DNA of 64,000 bases from an archaeon (GCA_043819075.1 JBDRFE010000002.1:82653-146652); one strand, 5' to 3'; numbered from the stretch's first letter, positions 10,132-19,525 are shown. Notes: generated by a model from the letters alone, not told the origin. A program made the numbers and translations.

Positions 10132-10192
10132 TTTAAATTAAACAAAGAAAAGGTTAAAAAAGACTGAAACCATTATTTTTTCAGGTAATTAA

Positions 10193-10399
10193 ATGCCTTT
10201 AACAAAAAGAAACATTAAACCGCGTTTTAGGATTGATGAATGGAATTTAAGGAGTTCTGCAGACCAGAGCACCCAAAAGCTTGCAAGAAAGTTCAGTAGC
10301 CAGCCAAGGCATTCGCTGAAAGTGTTCTTGAATATTGCAAGAAGCCATGGCTTTACTGCTTCTGAAGCAATGAAATTGTGGCAAAAAACGCAAAAATAA
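10193..10399 (+). CDS. Small basic hypothetical protein
   Basis: Fills intergenic gap, AGGT SD-like before ATG. Confidence 0.5.
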   Translation: MPLTKRNIKPRFRIDEWNLRSSADQSTQKLARKFSSQPRHSLKVFLNIARSHGFTASEAMKLWQKTQK

Positions 10400-10400
10400 T

Positions 10401-10931
10401 TTATTCAAAGAATTCTTTGCTTACTATTCCCATTAAAGCCATTAACACAGCCATTTCATTGAATTTTGTGCGGTCAACTTTTCTTTTAGTTAATTCTCCT
10501 ACTGCGCCCTGTTTTTTTCCAATGTCTTTTTCTTTTCCGAATAATTTTGCAAAAGCAGTATTAACATCGTCTTTTCCCTGTAGCAGTAAATAAGTCGCTT
10601 TTTTTGGGTACTTAAATAAAGGGCTTGTTCCGAAAAAAAATTCTTTTCCGTCAAATATTGCTGCAACAGTTATTTCCATGTAATCCAGCCCTGCAGGAAA
10701 ATAATGTATTCCTGATTCAATTCCCACAGAATAATTACAATTGCCTTGCGTGAACGCTTTTTCTGCCCTTGTTTTTGCCCCATTAACTATTTCAATTAAA
10801 TTTAATGGCTGTTCCCTGATTGTAGTTTTAGTTTCAGTTCCTTTTACTTCAACTTTTTTGAAATAGTTTTCAAAAGCATTTTTTACTGCCTTTATTTTTA
10901 CAGGGTTAGCTGAACCAACATTTATTTTCAT
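10401..10931 (-). CDS. yjjX: Inosine/xanthosine triphosphatase (YjjX family)
   Basis: VGSANPVKI.AV, EQP, GA.TRA, GIESG, GAVG.LT. Confidence 0.9.
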   Translation of the reverse strand: MKINVGSANPVKIKAVKNAFENYFKKVEVKGTETKTTIREQPLNLIEIVNGAKTRAEKAFTQGNCNYSVGIESGIHYFPAGLDYMEITVAAIFDGKEFFFGTSPLFKYPKKATYLLLQGKDDVNTAFAKLFGKEKDIGKKQGAVGELTKRKVDRTKFNEMAVLMALMGIVSKEFFE

Positions 10932-10935
10932 TTAA

Positions 10936-11604
10936 TCACCTTTTTTGTTTTTTTTCTATTCTTCTCCTTGTTTCCTGTATTCTTGTTTCTTCTATTTCTT
11001 TTAATCTTTTCCAGACTGTTGCGGTCTGGAGTTTTCTCCTAAAATACTGTAATCCTTTTTTTGTCATTCCGCCTTCAGGTTTTAAATAGCCTTTTTGCAT
11101 CATTTCTTTTTCCCATGCAGGTATTTGTGTTGCAGTTCTTTTTTCTGGAGGAGACGCCCACAACAATAATGTTGCATCTTCTCCGTGGCTTTTGATTAAT
11201 TGTAATGTACTTGCATAACCCTCTTTTTTAGAATCCAAATGTAATGATCTATTAATAGCAGTATCTGCTGTTTCTTCAGGGCTTGCATTTGTGGGTTCAG
11301 TAAAGTTGCTTCTCATTTTCCTGCGTTCCTTTATTTTTTGCTTTTCTATTTTTGGATTTTTCTGGTACCTGTTTCCGTCTGGAAACATTATTAGGTTTTG
11401 GAGGCCGTGCCTTATTTCATGTTCATCTAATTTTTGGTTTCCTGTTAAATGCACTGCGTGACTGGCGGGATCATAGTAACCAAAATAATTTACAAAGTTC
11501 TTGTACTTACGAGGCATCAAATTTTTTACCGGCACCCCTGCTATCTGAGAAAAACGTCTGAAAAGCCTATCAGTGTATGTTTTTCTTCTAACAGGTTTTT
11601 TCAT
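10936..11604 (-). CDS. Hypothetical basic protein with HExxH motif
   Basis: GYYDP...HEIRHGLQ; GGTGA SD-type junction. Confidence 0.6.
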   Translation of the reverse strand: MKKPVRRKTYTDRLFRRFSQIAGVPVKNLMPRKYKNFVNYFGYYDPASHAVHLTGNQKLDEHEIRHGLQNLIMFPDGNRYQKNPKIEKQKIKERRKMRSNFTEPTNASPEETADTAINRSLHLDSKKEGYASTLQLIKSHGEDATLLLWASPPEKRTATQIPAWEKEMMQKGYLKPEGGMTKKGLQYFRRKLQTATVWKRLKEIEETRIQETRRRIEKKQKR

Positions 11605-11608
11605 CTTT

Positions 11609-12955
11609 TCACCTGAATTTCACTTTTTTTTGTTTTCCGAATTTTTTCATTAATTTTTCCATTGCACCTTTTTTTTGCAATGCTTCCGGGTCAGACAGTT
11701 TTTTCATCTGCTTGAACATTTTCTTCATTTTCTTGTATTGCTTGATTAATTCTCTTACATCTTCTTCTTTTTTTCCAGAACCTTTTGCTATTCTTAAAAT
11801 CCTTGAATGATTTAATACTTCAGGATCTAATTTTTCTTTTTTTGTCATTGAATCCATTATTTGCTTGAATGAATCCAGTTTTTCTTCACCTAACTGCATT
11901 TGTTCTTTTGGAATCTGCTGGCTTAAGCCCATCATTTCCATTACCTTATTCAATGGACCCATTTTTCTTGCAGCCTTTAATTGCTTGTAAAATACATCTA
12001 AATTGAATTCTTTTTTCATTAATTCTTCTAAGTCAACTTCCTCGAATTCAGTTGCTTCTTTGACTTTTTCCAATAACCCTTGTAAATCGCCGTAACCCAT
12101 GATTCTGCTTAAATACCTTGTTGCATCAAATTCTTCCAAGTCATTCATTTTTTCTCCGGTTCCAATAAAATAAACCGGCGCTTTAGTAATAGAACAGGCA
12201 ATTAATGCTCCTCCTCCTTTGGCTGAACCGTCCATTTTAGTCAAAATTACGCCGTTTACTCCGACGCTTTCATGGAATGCTTTGGTTTGTTTTCCTGCTA
12301 TCTGGCCTATATCTGCTCCCAGTACAAGCAGGGTTAAATCCGGCTTTAAAGCTGAATTAATTTCTTTTATTTCTTTAACTAATTTTTCATCCAAAGAGCT
12401 TCTTCCGGCTGAATCAACGATGATTAAATCAAATTCCCTGAATTTTTTCATTCCTTCTTCTACGACTTTTGCGGCATTTTTTTCTTCTTCTAATCCAAAA
12501 AAAGGCACTTCAATTTTTTCTGACAGCTGTTTTAACTGCTCGAAAGCCGCAGGACGAAAAGTGTCAGCGCAGATTAATCCGACTTTTTTTCCTCTGTTTG
12601 AATAATATTTTGCCAGCTTGCCTGAAGTAGTTGTTTTTCCTGCTCCAAACAATCCAAGCATTAAAATTTTTTCAGGAGTTTTTTCTAATACAGGTTTTTT
12701 TCCGCCTAAAGCTTCTGCTAAAATATCGTAAGTGTTTTTTACAATAAACTCTCTTCTGTTGATTCCTGTTGGAAGGTCTTTGAATGCTGTTTCTTCAATT
12801 CTTTTTGTTAGCTGAAGCACTAATTCTATTTGCACATCAGATGAAATTAATGCTCTCTGAATTTCTTTGCTTACTTCTTTTACTGTATTCTTGTCTAACA
12901 AAGAAGAATTCCTTATTTTTTCCATTGCATTCCTTAACTGTTCGCCTAAACCCAT
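11609..12955 (-). CDS. srp54: Signal recognition particle protein SRP54
   Basis: GAGKTTT, DTFRPAA, DSAGR, TKMDGSAKGGG, Met-rich M domain. Confidence 0.97.
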   Translation of the reverse strand: MGLGEQLRNAMEKIRNSSLLDKNTVKEVSKEIQRALISSDVQIELVLQLTKRIEETAFKDLPTGINRREFIVKNTYDILAEALGGKKPVLEKTPEKILMLGLFGAGKTTTSGKLAKYYSNRGKKVGLICADTFRPAAFEQLKQLSEKIEVPFFGLEEEKNAAKVVEEGMKKFREFDLIIVDSAGRSSLDEKLVKEIKEINSALKPDLTLLVLGADIGQIAGKQTKAFHESVGVNGVILTKMDGSAKGGGALIACSITKAPVYFIGTGEKMNDLEEFDATRYLSRIMGYGDLQGLLEKVKEATEFEEVDLEELMKKEFNLDVFYKQLKAARKMGPLNKVMEMMGLSQQIPKEQMQLGEEKLDSFKQIMDSMTKKEKLDPEVLNHSRILRIAKGSGKKEEDVRELIKQYKKMKKMFKQMKKLSDPEALQKKGAMEKLMKKFGKQKKVKFR

Positions 12956-13010
12956 TTAAATCACTTTACAAAATAGTTTCTGAGAGGAAATTAATTAATA
13001 GTTTTGCAAT

Positions 13011-14480
13011 TCATTTAATGATTCTGTCTGTAATGAATTTTGGCGTGAACTCAATTAAATCCTCGTAACCTTGTCCTGTGCCGACAAAAATAACTGGTTT
13101 TTTTAGCTCGCTAACCAAAGAAATTGCTGTTCCGCCTTTTGCGTCAGTATCAATTTTAGTTAAAATAAATCCGTCAAACCCTATTTTTTCGTTGAATTCT
13201 TTTGCCTGCAAAAACAAAGAATTTCCTGCCATTGCCTCGCCTACAAAAATCTTTAAGTCAGGCTTAACTACTTTATCAATTTTTTTGAGTTCATTCATTA
13301 AATTCATGTTAGTGTCCTGTCTTCCTGCAGAGTCAATCAGCACCAAGTCAATGTTTTTTGCTTCAGCTGCTTTTACTGCATCAAATGCTACTGCAGCTGG
13401 ATCGCTTCCATACTGGTGTTTTACTAATCTTACGCCAATTCTTTCAGAGTGCTTTTCAATTTGTTCAATTGAAGCAGCACGAAAAGTGTCTGCTGCCGCA
13501 AGAATAACTGTTGTTCCCTGTTTTTTAAACTTAAATGCAATTTTTGCAATAGAAGTTGTTTTTCCCGCGCCATTTGGCCCTAAAAAAAGTATTACAAAAG
13601 GCTTTTTTGAACTCATTTTTTCTTTGAGGTTAATCTGCGGGGCATCCATTATTCTTTCAAGAATCAATGCAATCTCTTTTTTTAATTCCTCTGAAATGTT
13701 TTTTCCTGAAATCTCTTTTCCGATTAATTCTTTTTTTATTTCTTTCACAATTTTTTCAGCAGTCTGCTGTTCTACATCTGATTCAAGCAAAGCCAGCTCA
13801 AATTCTTCCAAAAAATCTTTTACGTCTTTTTCTTCTATTTTTATTTTTCCTGTGAAAAACTTTTTTATTCCTGAAGTAAGCGAAACTTTTGCCTTTAATT
13901 CTCTTTCCTTCAGCAAATCTGTTTCAGCTTTTTTCTGCGCCCAGGTTTTTTCAAGTTCAGGTTTTCCTGTTCTTTCTTCTGTTTCTTCTTCCTGTTTTTC
14001 CTGAACTTCTCTTCCTGTTTTTTTTTCTTCCAGTTCTTTTTCAATTTCTTCTTCAAATTCTTCTTCAAAAACAGGCTCTGCTTTTTCAGTTAAAGCTTCT
14101 TTTTCAGCTTTTTCTTTTATCTGCCTTTCTTTTTTTTCTTCAAATTCTTTTACTGCTTCTTTTCTTTCCTTTTTTTTCCCAGCATCTTTTTCCAGTTCTT
14201 CTTGTCTTTCTTTTTCCTTTATTTCAGCCAAAACTTCTTTTTCTTCTTCTGTCAAGCCTTCTTCCAGTTCAAGTTCTTCTTCTGCAACAGGAATTTTTTC
14301 TTTTTTTAATTCTTCTTTTAATTCAGTTTCTTTTTCTTCTTTAATCAATTCAATTAATTCTTTTTTTGTTTCTTCAGCAGGCTTGCCTTCTTCTCTTAGA
14401 ACCAGTTCTTCTTTTTTTTCAAGCTTGCTTTTAACTTTTTCTGCAAAAGAATCAATTTTTTTTTTCAGGAAGCCAAACAT
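13011..14480 (-). CDS. ftsY: SRP receptor FtsY with long acidic N-terminal region
   Basis: GPNGAGKTT, DTFRAA, DSAGR, TKIDTDAKGG, GTGQGYEDL. Confidence 0.97.
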   Translation of the reverse strand: MFGFLKKKIDSFAEKVKSKLEKKEELVLREEGKPAEETKKELIELIKEEKETELKEELKKEKIPVAEEELELEEGLTEEEKEVLAEIKEKERQEELEKDAGKKKERKEAVKEFEEKKERQIKEKAEKEALTEKAEPVFEEEFEEEIEKELEEKKTGREVQEKQEEETEERTGKPELEKTWAQKKAETDLLKERELKAKVSLTSGIKKFFTGKIKIEEKDVKDFLEEFELALLESDVEQQTAEKIVKEIKKELIGKEISGKNISEELKKEIALILERIMDAPQINLKEKMSSKKPFVILFLGPNGAGKTTSIAKIAFKFKKQGTTVILAAADTFRAASIEQIEKHSERIGVRLVKHQYGSDPAAVAFDAVKAAEAKNIDLVLIDSAGRQDTNMNLMNELKKIDKVVKPDLKIFVGEAMAGNSLFLQAKEFNEKIGFDGFILTKIDTDAKGGTAISLVSELKKPVIFVGTGQGYEDLIEFTPKFITDRIIK

Positions 14481-14491
14481 ATTAATCTCAA

Positions 14492-14923
14492 TTATTTTTT
14501 AAATGATTTTTCTGCCTGGGTTATCATCTGGCCTAATGCATTAAGGTTTGCATAGCTTGCTCTCTGCACTTTTTCCAGTTGCTCAAGCTTTTCAATTGTT
14601 TCTTTTTCTCTTTGCTCTATTTCTTCTATTGCCGCAGAGGTTTCTTTTTCTATTATCACGCCTCCGGCCCTGCTTGACTTTACTTTAGTGCTTTTGTCAA
14701 CTAATACATCCAGATAAACTCCTGCACCCAGTGAAACCATTGCTTTTTCGCCTTTCTTTGTTTTTTTTATTGCATTAAGGCTTTCTTTTGCAAACAATAT
14801 TTCTTCCAGAATAGCCTGGACTGAATTAATGCCTCTGTTTGTTTCTTCTAATCTCATTTTTTCCTGTGCAAAAGCAGTCATTATCTGGTTTCCGCTTAAT
14901 ACAACTGATTTTTCTTCTGCCAT
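14492..14923 (-). CDS. pfdA: Prefoldin subunit alpha
   Basis: Coiled coils around VSLGAGVY hairpin; conserved position between rpl18a and ftsY. Confidence 0.85.
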   Translation of the reverse strand: MAEEKSVVLSGNQIMTAFAQEKMRLEETNRGINSVQAILEEILFAKESLNAIKKTKKGEKAMVSLGAGVYLDVLVDKSTKVKSSRAGGVIIEKETSAAIEEIEQREKETIEKLEQLEKVQRASYANLNALGQMITQAEKSFKK

Positions 14924-15114
14924 TATTTCACCTTCACTTCTTTTACTTCAATTATTTCAATTAAATTTCTTTTAAGCTTGTTTTTTGAGCCGAACAGGCT
15001 GAAAACCTGTTCTATTGCAGTGTTTTCATTCAATGAATTAACTGTTTTAGAAAAGTTTTTTTCCATTTTCTTGCTTTTTATTTTTCCCTGTACTTCAAAT
15101 AATTTTTTTTCCAT
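14923..15114 (-). CDS. rpl18a: 50S ribosomal protein L18Ae/LX
   Basis: FEVQG..FSK...[19 protein letters not shown]; operon context. Confidence 0.9.
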   Translation of the reverse strand: MEKKLFEVQGKIKSKKMEKNFSKTVNSLNENTAIEQVFSLFGSKNKLKRNLIEIIEVKEVKVK

Positions 15115-15299
15115 GTTTATTCCCCCTCAACCGTCACGCTCGGTTGGTGTGCGTGCACTATCTTCGCTTTTGCTCGATAGAGCTTGCACGGCTTTACACC
15201 GTGCTGTGCTTTTACAGAAGGACTGAGCGCAAGCGAATGTCGTTCTCTGGTGCCAGCTGACAGTGGCAGCTGCTTCAAATAATTTTTTTTCCATGTTTA
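15093..15299. repeat. 153-bp GC-rich hairpin insert flanked by 27-bp direct repeats (15093-15119 and 15273-15299)
   Basis: CTTCAAATAATTTTTTTTCCATGTTTA occurs twice, 180 bp apart; interior shares modules with 19141-19191 and 19410-19430. Confidence 0.9.
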
Positions 15300-15959
15300 A
15301 TCTCTCCTTAAACCTTCATCTATCATGAGCATTTCAGCGTTTGAAGTGTATTCTCCTATTAATACGCCCTTGGAGTTTGCCAGTATGTCGTTTGCCACAA
15401 AAGGGTCACCGTAATTTGCTGTTGAAGGAGCTCCTTTAACTTTAAATATTGATTCGATTTCCTTTAATTCTTTTTCTTTTATTTCAGGATGCACTATAAA
15501 CCCTTTATTGCTTGCAACAATGCATGATCCAACAACTTCACTGTTGGCTATGTTCATTTGCTTTAAATTTACTCCAAGAAAACGCTTTATTTCGCTGAAA
15601 GTTTTTTTTTCAATTAAAGGGCTTGCAATTCCGCCAAAATCGTTCACTGCAACCAGATTCCCTAAAGCAGTTAATCCTTTTACCACTTTTATTTTTATTC
15701 CTTTTTCCTGAAGGAATTCAATTTCTTTTTCCTCTGTTATTTCCGGAACAATAAATCCTTTGCTGTTTCCTTTGACTAAACAGCCAATCAATGAACTGTT
15801 TGCAATGCTTGCCTGCACTACTTCTATTTCAAAAAATTCCTCTATTTTTTCTATTTCTTTTGCGTCAATCTGTACAGGAAACAATCCGATTTTTTCTGTA
15901 ACGCTTGCAAAAATTCCTATGAAAGGGCTCCCTCTCATGGATTTTTTCTGTATATTCAT
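15297..15959 (-). CDS. eif6: Translation initiation factor 6
   Basis: GSPFIGIF, SSLIG, ALGNLV..ND, VGS...SNKG..VHP, STANYG. Confidence 0.95.
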   Translation of the reverse strand: MNIQKKSMRGSPFIGIFASVTEKIGLFPVQIDAKEIEKIEEFFEIEVVQASIANSSLIGCLVKGNSKGFIVPEITEEKEIEFLQEKGIKIKVVKGLTALGNLVAVNDFGGIASPLIEKKTFSEIKRFLGVNLKQMNIANSEVVGSCIVASNKGFIVHPEIKEKELKEIESIFKVKGAPSTANYGDPFVANDILANSKGVLIGEYTSNAEMLMIDEGLRRD

Positions 15960-15965
15960 TTTATT

Positions 15966-16406
15966 TTACTCTTTTTGCTTTCTTTTGAATTCAGCTTTTT
16001 CTGCGTTCAGTTCCTTCTGCCTTTTTTCTTCAAGCTTTCTTATTTTCTCTTTCTCTTTTTCTGCGTCATCTGCTTTTTCTTCTTTTGTTTCCTCTTTTTT
16101 TGTTTCCTTCTTTTTTTCTTTTGCCTGTTTTTCCATTTCCTTTAATTCTTTTCCGCCTTTGAGGAAAACAAACGTTTTTTCGTTTATTTCTTTTAACTGA
16201 ACTTCAATTTTTCTTGGGATTCCAAACATTCCGTTCTCCCAGACTTTTTCGTTTACTTCTTTTGAAATTGAAAACTGGCTTCCCTCCAGCCTTTTATGTT
16301 TTTTAATGAATTTTCTTATTGCATTTATTGCTGCTTTTGCCCTGCCTCTTTTAGGCTTGCTGAACACGCTTTTCAAAGGAATTGTGTAATCTTCTGCCAT
16401 CTGCAA
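15966..16406 (-). CDS. rpl31e: 50S ribosomal protein L31e with charged C-terminal extension
   Basis: YTIPL...RAKAAI..IRKFIKKH, VNEKVWENG...PRKI. Confidence 0.92.
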   Translation of the reverse strand: MQMAEDYTIPLKSVFSKPKRGRAKAAINAIRKFIKKHKRLEGSQFSISKEVNEKVWENGMFGIPRKIEVQLKEINEKTFVFLKGGKELKEMEKQAKEKKKETKKEETKEEKADDAEKEKEKIRKLEEKRQKELNAEKAEFKRKQKE

Positions 16407-16604
16407 TCATTTCTCCTTGTTTTTTGATTTTAAATAAAGTTTTCCAAGGTCAACTTGTTTCCAGTGCCTTTTCTGTTTTTTGTTCCAGACTCTTTCCCCT
16501 TTTTTCTGCACAATCCATACAGGTGCATTGGTTAAGCCAGGCCCGATTTTTTTCCTGGCTGAAATCAGGAAATCTTTTTTTTCTTTTTCCTTGTATCTGG
16601 CCAT
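16407..16604 (-). CDS. rpl39e: 50S ribosomal protein L39e
   Basis: APVWIVQK...KRHWK; operon context. Confidence 0.85.
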   Translation of the reverse strand: MARYKEKEKKDFLISARKKIGPGLTNAPVWIVQKKGERVWNKKQKRHWKQVDLGKLYLKSKNKEK

Positions 16605-16636
16605 TTTTTTCACACCCTTTTTTTTTGAATAATGTT

Positions 16637-16954
16637 TTATTTTCTTTTAATGCTTATTTCTCTTTTTGCTGACAACTGCTCTAACAGTTTTTTGAGTTCT
16701 TTTTCCTGGACTTTTCCCTGCACTTTTCCTGTCTTATAAAGGTAGATAAGGCTTTGTGCTGCCTTCAAATATAATTCCCTGTTAACCAGCCTTACATTTG
16801 ACAGCCTTGCTCTTGCTTCTTCTGCCAGAACAAGCTTCATTGCAGAGTCAATCTGGTTCTCTAATTCAATCTGCCTTTCCTGCTGTTTTATTTCTTCAGA
16901 ATACCTTTCTTTCAGCTCATTTGCTTTTTTTTCCTTTATCTCTTCTGGGTTCAT
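16637..16954 (-). CDS. PDCD5/TFAR19-like dsDNA-binding protein
   Basis: LAEEARARLSNVRLV, LKKLL.....KREISIKRK; usual neighbour of S19e. Confidence 0.88.
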   Translation of the reverse strand: MNPEEIKEKKANELKERYSEEIKQQERQIELENQIDSAMKLVLAEEARARLSNVRLVNRELYLKAAQSLIYLYKTGKVQGKVQEKELKKLLEQLSAKREISIKRK

Positions 16955-17474
16955 CTTTTTCTTTCCCTTTTTCTTTCTCTTTTGCCGGTTCCTGTGAAAC
17001 AGCTTTTTCTTTTGCAAGAGTCAAATTTTTTTTCTTTTCTGTTTTTGGATGTTCTCTTAAGTAAGCTAAAACGTTTTTAGAGCTCTTATTAAGCAATACA
17101 ATTCCTTTTGTTGTAACAGTTCTTCCTTTTTTTTCTTTTTTTATTAATCCTTCTTTTTCTAGTGCCTGCAGGCAGTTCCTGATTATTTTTCCGCCTGCTT
17201 TAACATGCTTGTGTGGTTTTACTTTCCTGTTTTTTCTTCCGCCATAATAGCTTCTCAAGGATTCTGTTCCCACTGGCCCGTCAAAGTAAATTTTCCTTAA
17301 AATTGAAGCCATTCTGATGTAATACCAGTCTTCTTGTGATGGGCTTCTTTCCCTGTGGGCGCCTGTCTTAACAAAGTCAACATATTCAGGCTGAACTATG
17401 TTCTTGTTTTGCCTTAATTCTTTGGCTATTTCTTGTATTAATTCTGTTCCTGGCACGTCAAATGCTGTGGTCAT
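16917..17474 (-). CDS. rps19e: 30S ribosomal protein S19e with charged C-terminal extension
   Basis: FVKTGAHRER.P..DWYYIRMASILRK, YGGRK, GKIIR..LQALE. Confidence 0.97.
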   Translation of the reverse strand: MTTAFDVPGTELIQEIAKELRQNKNIVQPEYVDFVKTGAHRERSPSQEDWYYIRMASILRKIYFDGPVGTESLRSYYGGRKNRKVKPHKHVKAGGKIIRNCLQALEKEGLIKKEKKGRTVTTKGIVLLNKSSKNVLAYLREHPKTEKKKNLTLAKEKAVSQEPAKEKEKGKEKDEPRRDKGKKSK

Positions 17475-17579
17475 TAAAATGCCCTCCTCAATAAAAGCAT
17501 AAAAAGCATTAAAATAGCAAATAATAGAGTTAATTTGCTTTATTCTATTACTATTTTATTTAAAAGAATCTTTTTATAC

Positions 17580-18071
17580 TTATTCCTTGCGTTTTTGGGC
17601 TGTTTTTTCAAGCAGTTTTTTTTCAACTGTTTCTGGCACGAACTCTTTTACCCTGCCTTTCAGTGAAACAATTTCTTTTATAAGAGTGGAGTTAATGTAA
17701 AAGTATTTTGGCTCTGTCATTAAAAAAACTGTTTCAATGTTTTCATTCAAGCCTTTATTGACTGTTGACTGCTGGAATTCGTATTCAAAATCGCTTATTG
17801 CCCTTAACCCTCTGATAACAAACCTGTAATTTTTTTGTTTCATGTACTCTGCAAGCAATCCATGCAATACTTCAATTTTAATGTTCTTTTTTTTGCTGAA
17901 CAGCTCTTCAAGCATTTGCTTTCTTTCTTCTAAAGAAAACCAGTTTTTTTTTCTCTTGTTTTCTGCAACCAATACAATTACTTCATCAAACAGTTTTTCT
18001 GCCCTAGAAATTATGTCCATGTGCCCGAATGTAACTGGGTCAAAGCTTCCTGCATAAATCCCTGTTTTCAT
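17580..18071 (-). CDS. coaD: Pantetheine-phosphate adenylyltransferase, bacterial type
   Basis: YAGSFDPVTFGHMDI, IRGLRAISDFEYE, INSTLIKEI. Confidence 0.95.
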   Translation of the reverse strand: MKTGIYAGSFDPVTFGHMDIISRAEKLFDEVIVLVAENKRKKNWFSLEERKQMLEELFSKKKNIKIEVLHGLLAEYMKQKNYRFVIRGLRAISDFEYEFQQSTVNKGLNENIETVFLMTEPKYFYINSTLIKEIVSLKGRVKEFVPETVEKKLLEKTAQKRKE

Positions 18072-18955
18072 TTAATTTCGCCTTTAATTTTATTGCTTAA
18101 ATCATTAATTTTTTCCTGCAATTCCTTTAAAGTTCCATTGTTTTCAACCAAAAAATCGGCTTTCTTTTTTTTCCTTCCTGCAGGCAGCTGGTTTTTTAAT
18201 CTCTTTAAAACCTCTTCTTTTTGCATTCCAAGCTTTTCTTTTCTTTCAATCATTTTATCTTTTTTTGAATAAATCACTAAGATCTTGTCGCATAAATCCT
18301 GCATTCCTGATTCAAACAATAAAGGAATTTCTATTGCAACAAGTTTTTCTCCTCTGGCTTCTTCTTCAAGTTTTTTTCTCACTAAAGGATGAATTAACTC
18401 ATTTAATTCAGCTAATTTTTTCCTGTTATTAAAAACAATTTTTGCGATTTTCTGGAATTCAATTCCATGTTTTGAAACAGCTTCTATTCCAATTATTTCT
18501 TTTAACTCTTCTTTTACTTTCAGCATTTCTTTTTTGGCTATTGTATCTGCATTCAATGCTTTGAAGCCGTTTGATTCAAATTCTTTTAATACAGTGCTTT
18601 TTCCTGTTCCAATGCTTCCAGTAATGCCTAACACAATGCATTCCTTTTTTTTCTCCGGAAAAACTTTTTTTATTTTCCCGCAGTTTTTGCATTTAACCAG
18701 CAAAACCTTGTTTTTTATTCTCACTTCTTTGTCTTTGCTTTCAAGCAATAAAGAAAAACATTTTTTGCAGTAAAGTTTTTTCAGTTCTTTTGGAATTTTT
18801 ACTTTATTCCTCATCCCGATTTTTTTCATTAACTTTAAGTAATCCAAACTTCTTTCAGGATGTTTTTCCCATTCAATTAAAGCAAGGTCCATTAGCCTGT
18901 ACATTCTCTGCAATGCAATGTCTTCAATGAACTTCCTGTTATTTTTTTGCTTCAT
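18068..18955 (-). CDS. Fusion: RNase P protein component 4 (Rpp21) + dephospho-CoA kinase (CoaE)
   Basis: aa1-100 IALQRM..L, CKKC..LL, CKNCG; then GITGSIGTGKS, ADTIA, LNELIHPLV, EIPLLFE, ADFLVENNG. Confidence 0.88.
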   Translation of the reverse strand: MKQKNNRKFIEDIALQRMYRLMDLALIEWEKHPERSLDYLKLMKKIGMRNKVKIPKELKKLYCKKCFSLLLESKDKEVRIKNKVLLVKCKNCGKIKKVFPEKKKECIVLGITGSIGTGKSTVLKEFESNGFKALNADTIAKKEMLKVKEELKEIIGIEAVSKHGIEFQKIAKIVFNNRKKLAELNELIHPLVRKKLEEEARGEKLVAIEIPLLFESGMQDLCDKILVIYSKKDKMIERKEKLGMQKEEVLKRLKNQLPAGRKKKKADFLVENNGTLKELQEKINDLSNKIKGEIK

Positions 18956-19044
18956 AAAAGAATTAGTGGTTTAATTACTATAAATTAATAACCTATGCAA
19001 AGCATAGGTTGACATTTTTCGGCACTCACGCTCGAAAGCGTGAA

Positions 19045-19115
19045 TGCGCCCACCGGGAATCGAACCCGGACATTGAGCTTGGAAGGCTCACGTCATACCA
19101 CTAGACTATGGACGC
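19045..19115 (-). tRNA. tRNA-Gly(TCC)
   Basis: Cloverleaf GCGTCCA...TGAGC-CTTCCAA-GCTCA...GGTTCGATTCC...TGGGCGC-A; no encoded CCA. Confidence 0.95.
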
Positions 19116-19232
19116 AAACGTTTCGCCGTTTGAGCACGAAGCACTATCTTCGCTTTTGGCTCGATAGAGCTTGCACGGCTTTATGCCGTGCTTCGTACCG
19201 CACAGCCGAAACTGTGCCGAGCTTGCTTCGCC
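19116..19232. repeat. GC-rich hairpin module array upstream of tRNA-Gly(TCC)
   Basis: GCACTATCTTCGCTTTTGGCTCGATAGAGCTTGCACGGCTTTA nearly identical to 15155-15196; contains GCACGGC-TTTAT-GCCGTGC. Confidence 0.8.
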
Positions 19233-19357
19233 AATTGTGCAGACTAATTACTGTAATAAAAAGTTATTAAACTTTATTTTTTTTGTTTAACACAGAAATA
19301 CTGTTTTAGTCAGCACAAATTAATAACCAATTACAAAGTAATTGGTTGATGTTTTTC

Positions 19358-19525
19358 GTTTCTCGCGGGCGAAACCGCGATGCGAAGCACATACGGCTTT
19401 ATGCCGCAGCCGTCACGTTCGGCTGGTGTACGCGTACCACGTAAAGTGGTGCTAGCACGGCTTTATGCCGTGCGCCGTCACACTCGCACGGAAGCGAGTC
19501 GGTGCTCGCGCTCGAAGCGCGACGA
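19358..19525. repeat. GC-rich hairpin module array directly 3' of tRNA-Gly(GCC)
   Basis: 19382-19473 is the reverse complement of 41347-41438 (1 mismatch in 92 nt); 19474-19522 matches 41241-41290. Confidence 0.9.

Noticed and set aside
15127..15129. Selenocysteine or alternative-code reading of the in-frame TGA before rpl18a
   Set aside because: TGA is a normal stop elsewhere in the window, no SECIS was identified, and rpl18a has its own SD and ATG.
15966..17474. Charged C-terminal extensions on L31e and S19e and the acidic FtsY N-terminus
   Set aside because: Low-complexity K/E tails are common on these proteins; not distinctive.
19358..19525. CRISPR array interpretation of the GC-rich repeats
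   Set aside because: No constant repeat-spacer periodicity and no cas genes in the window.
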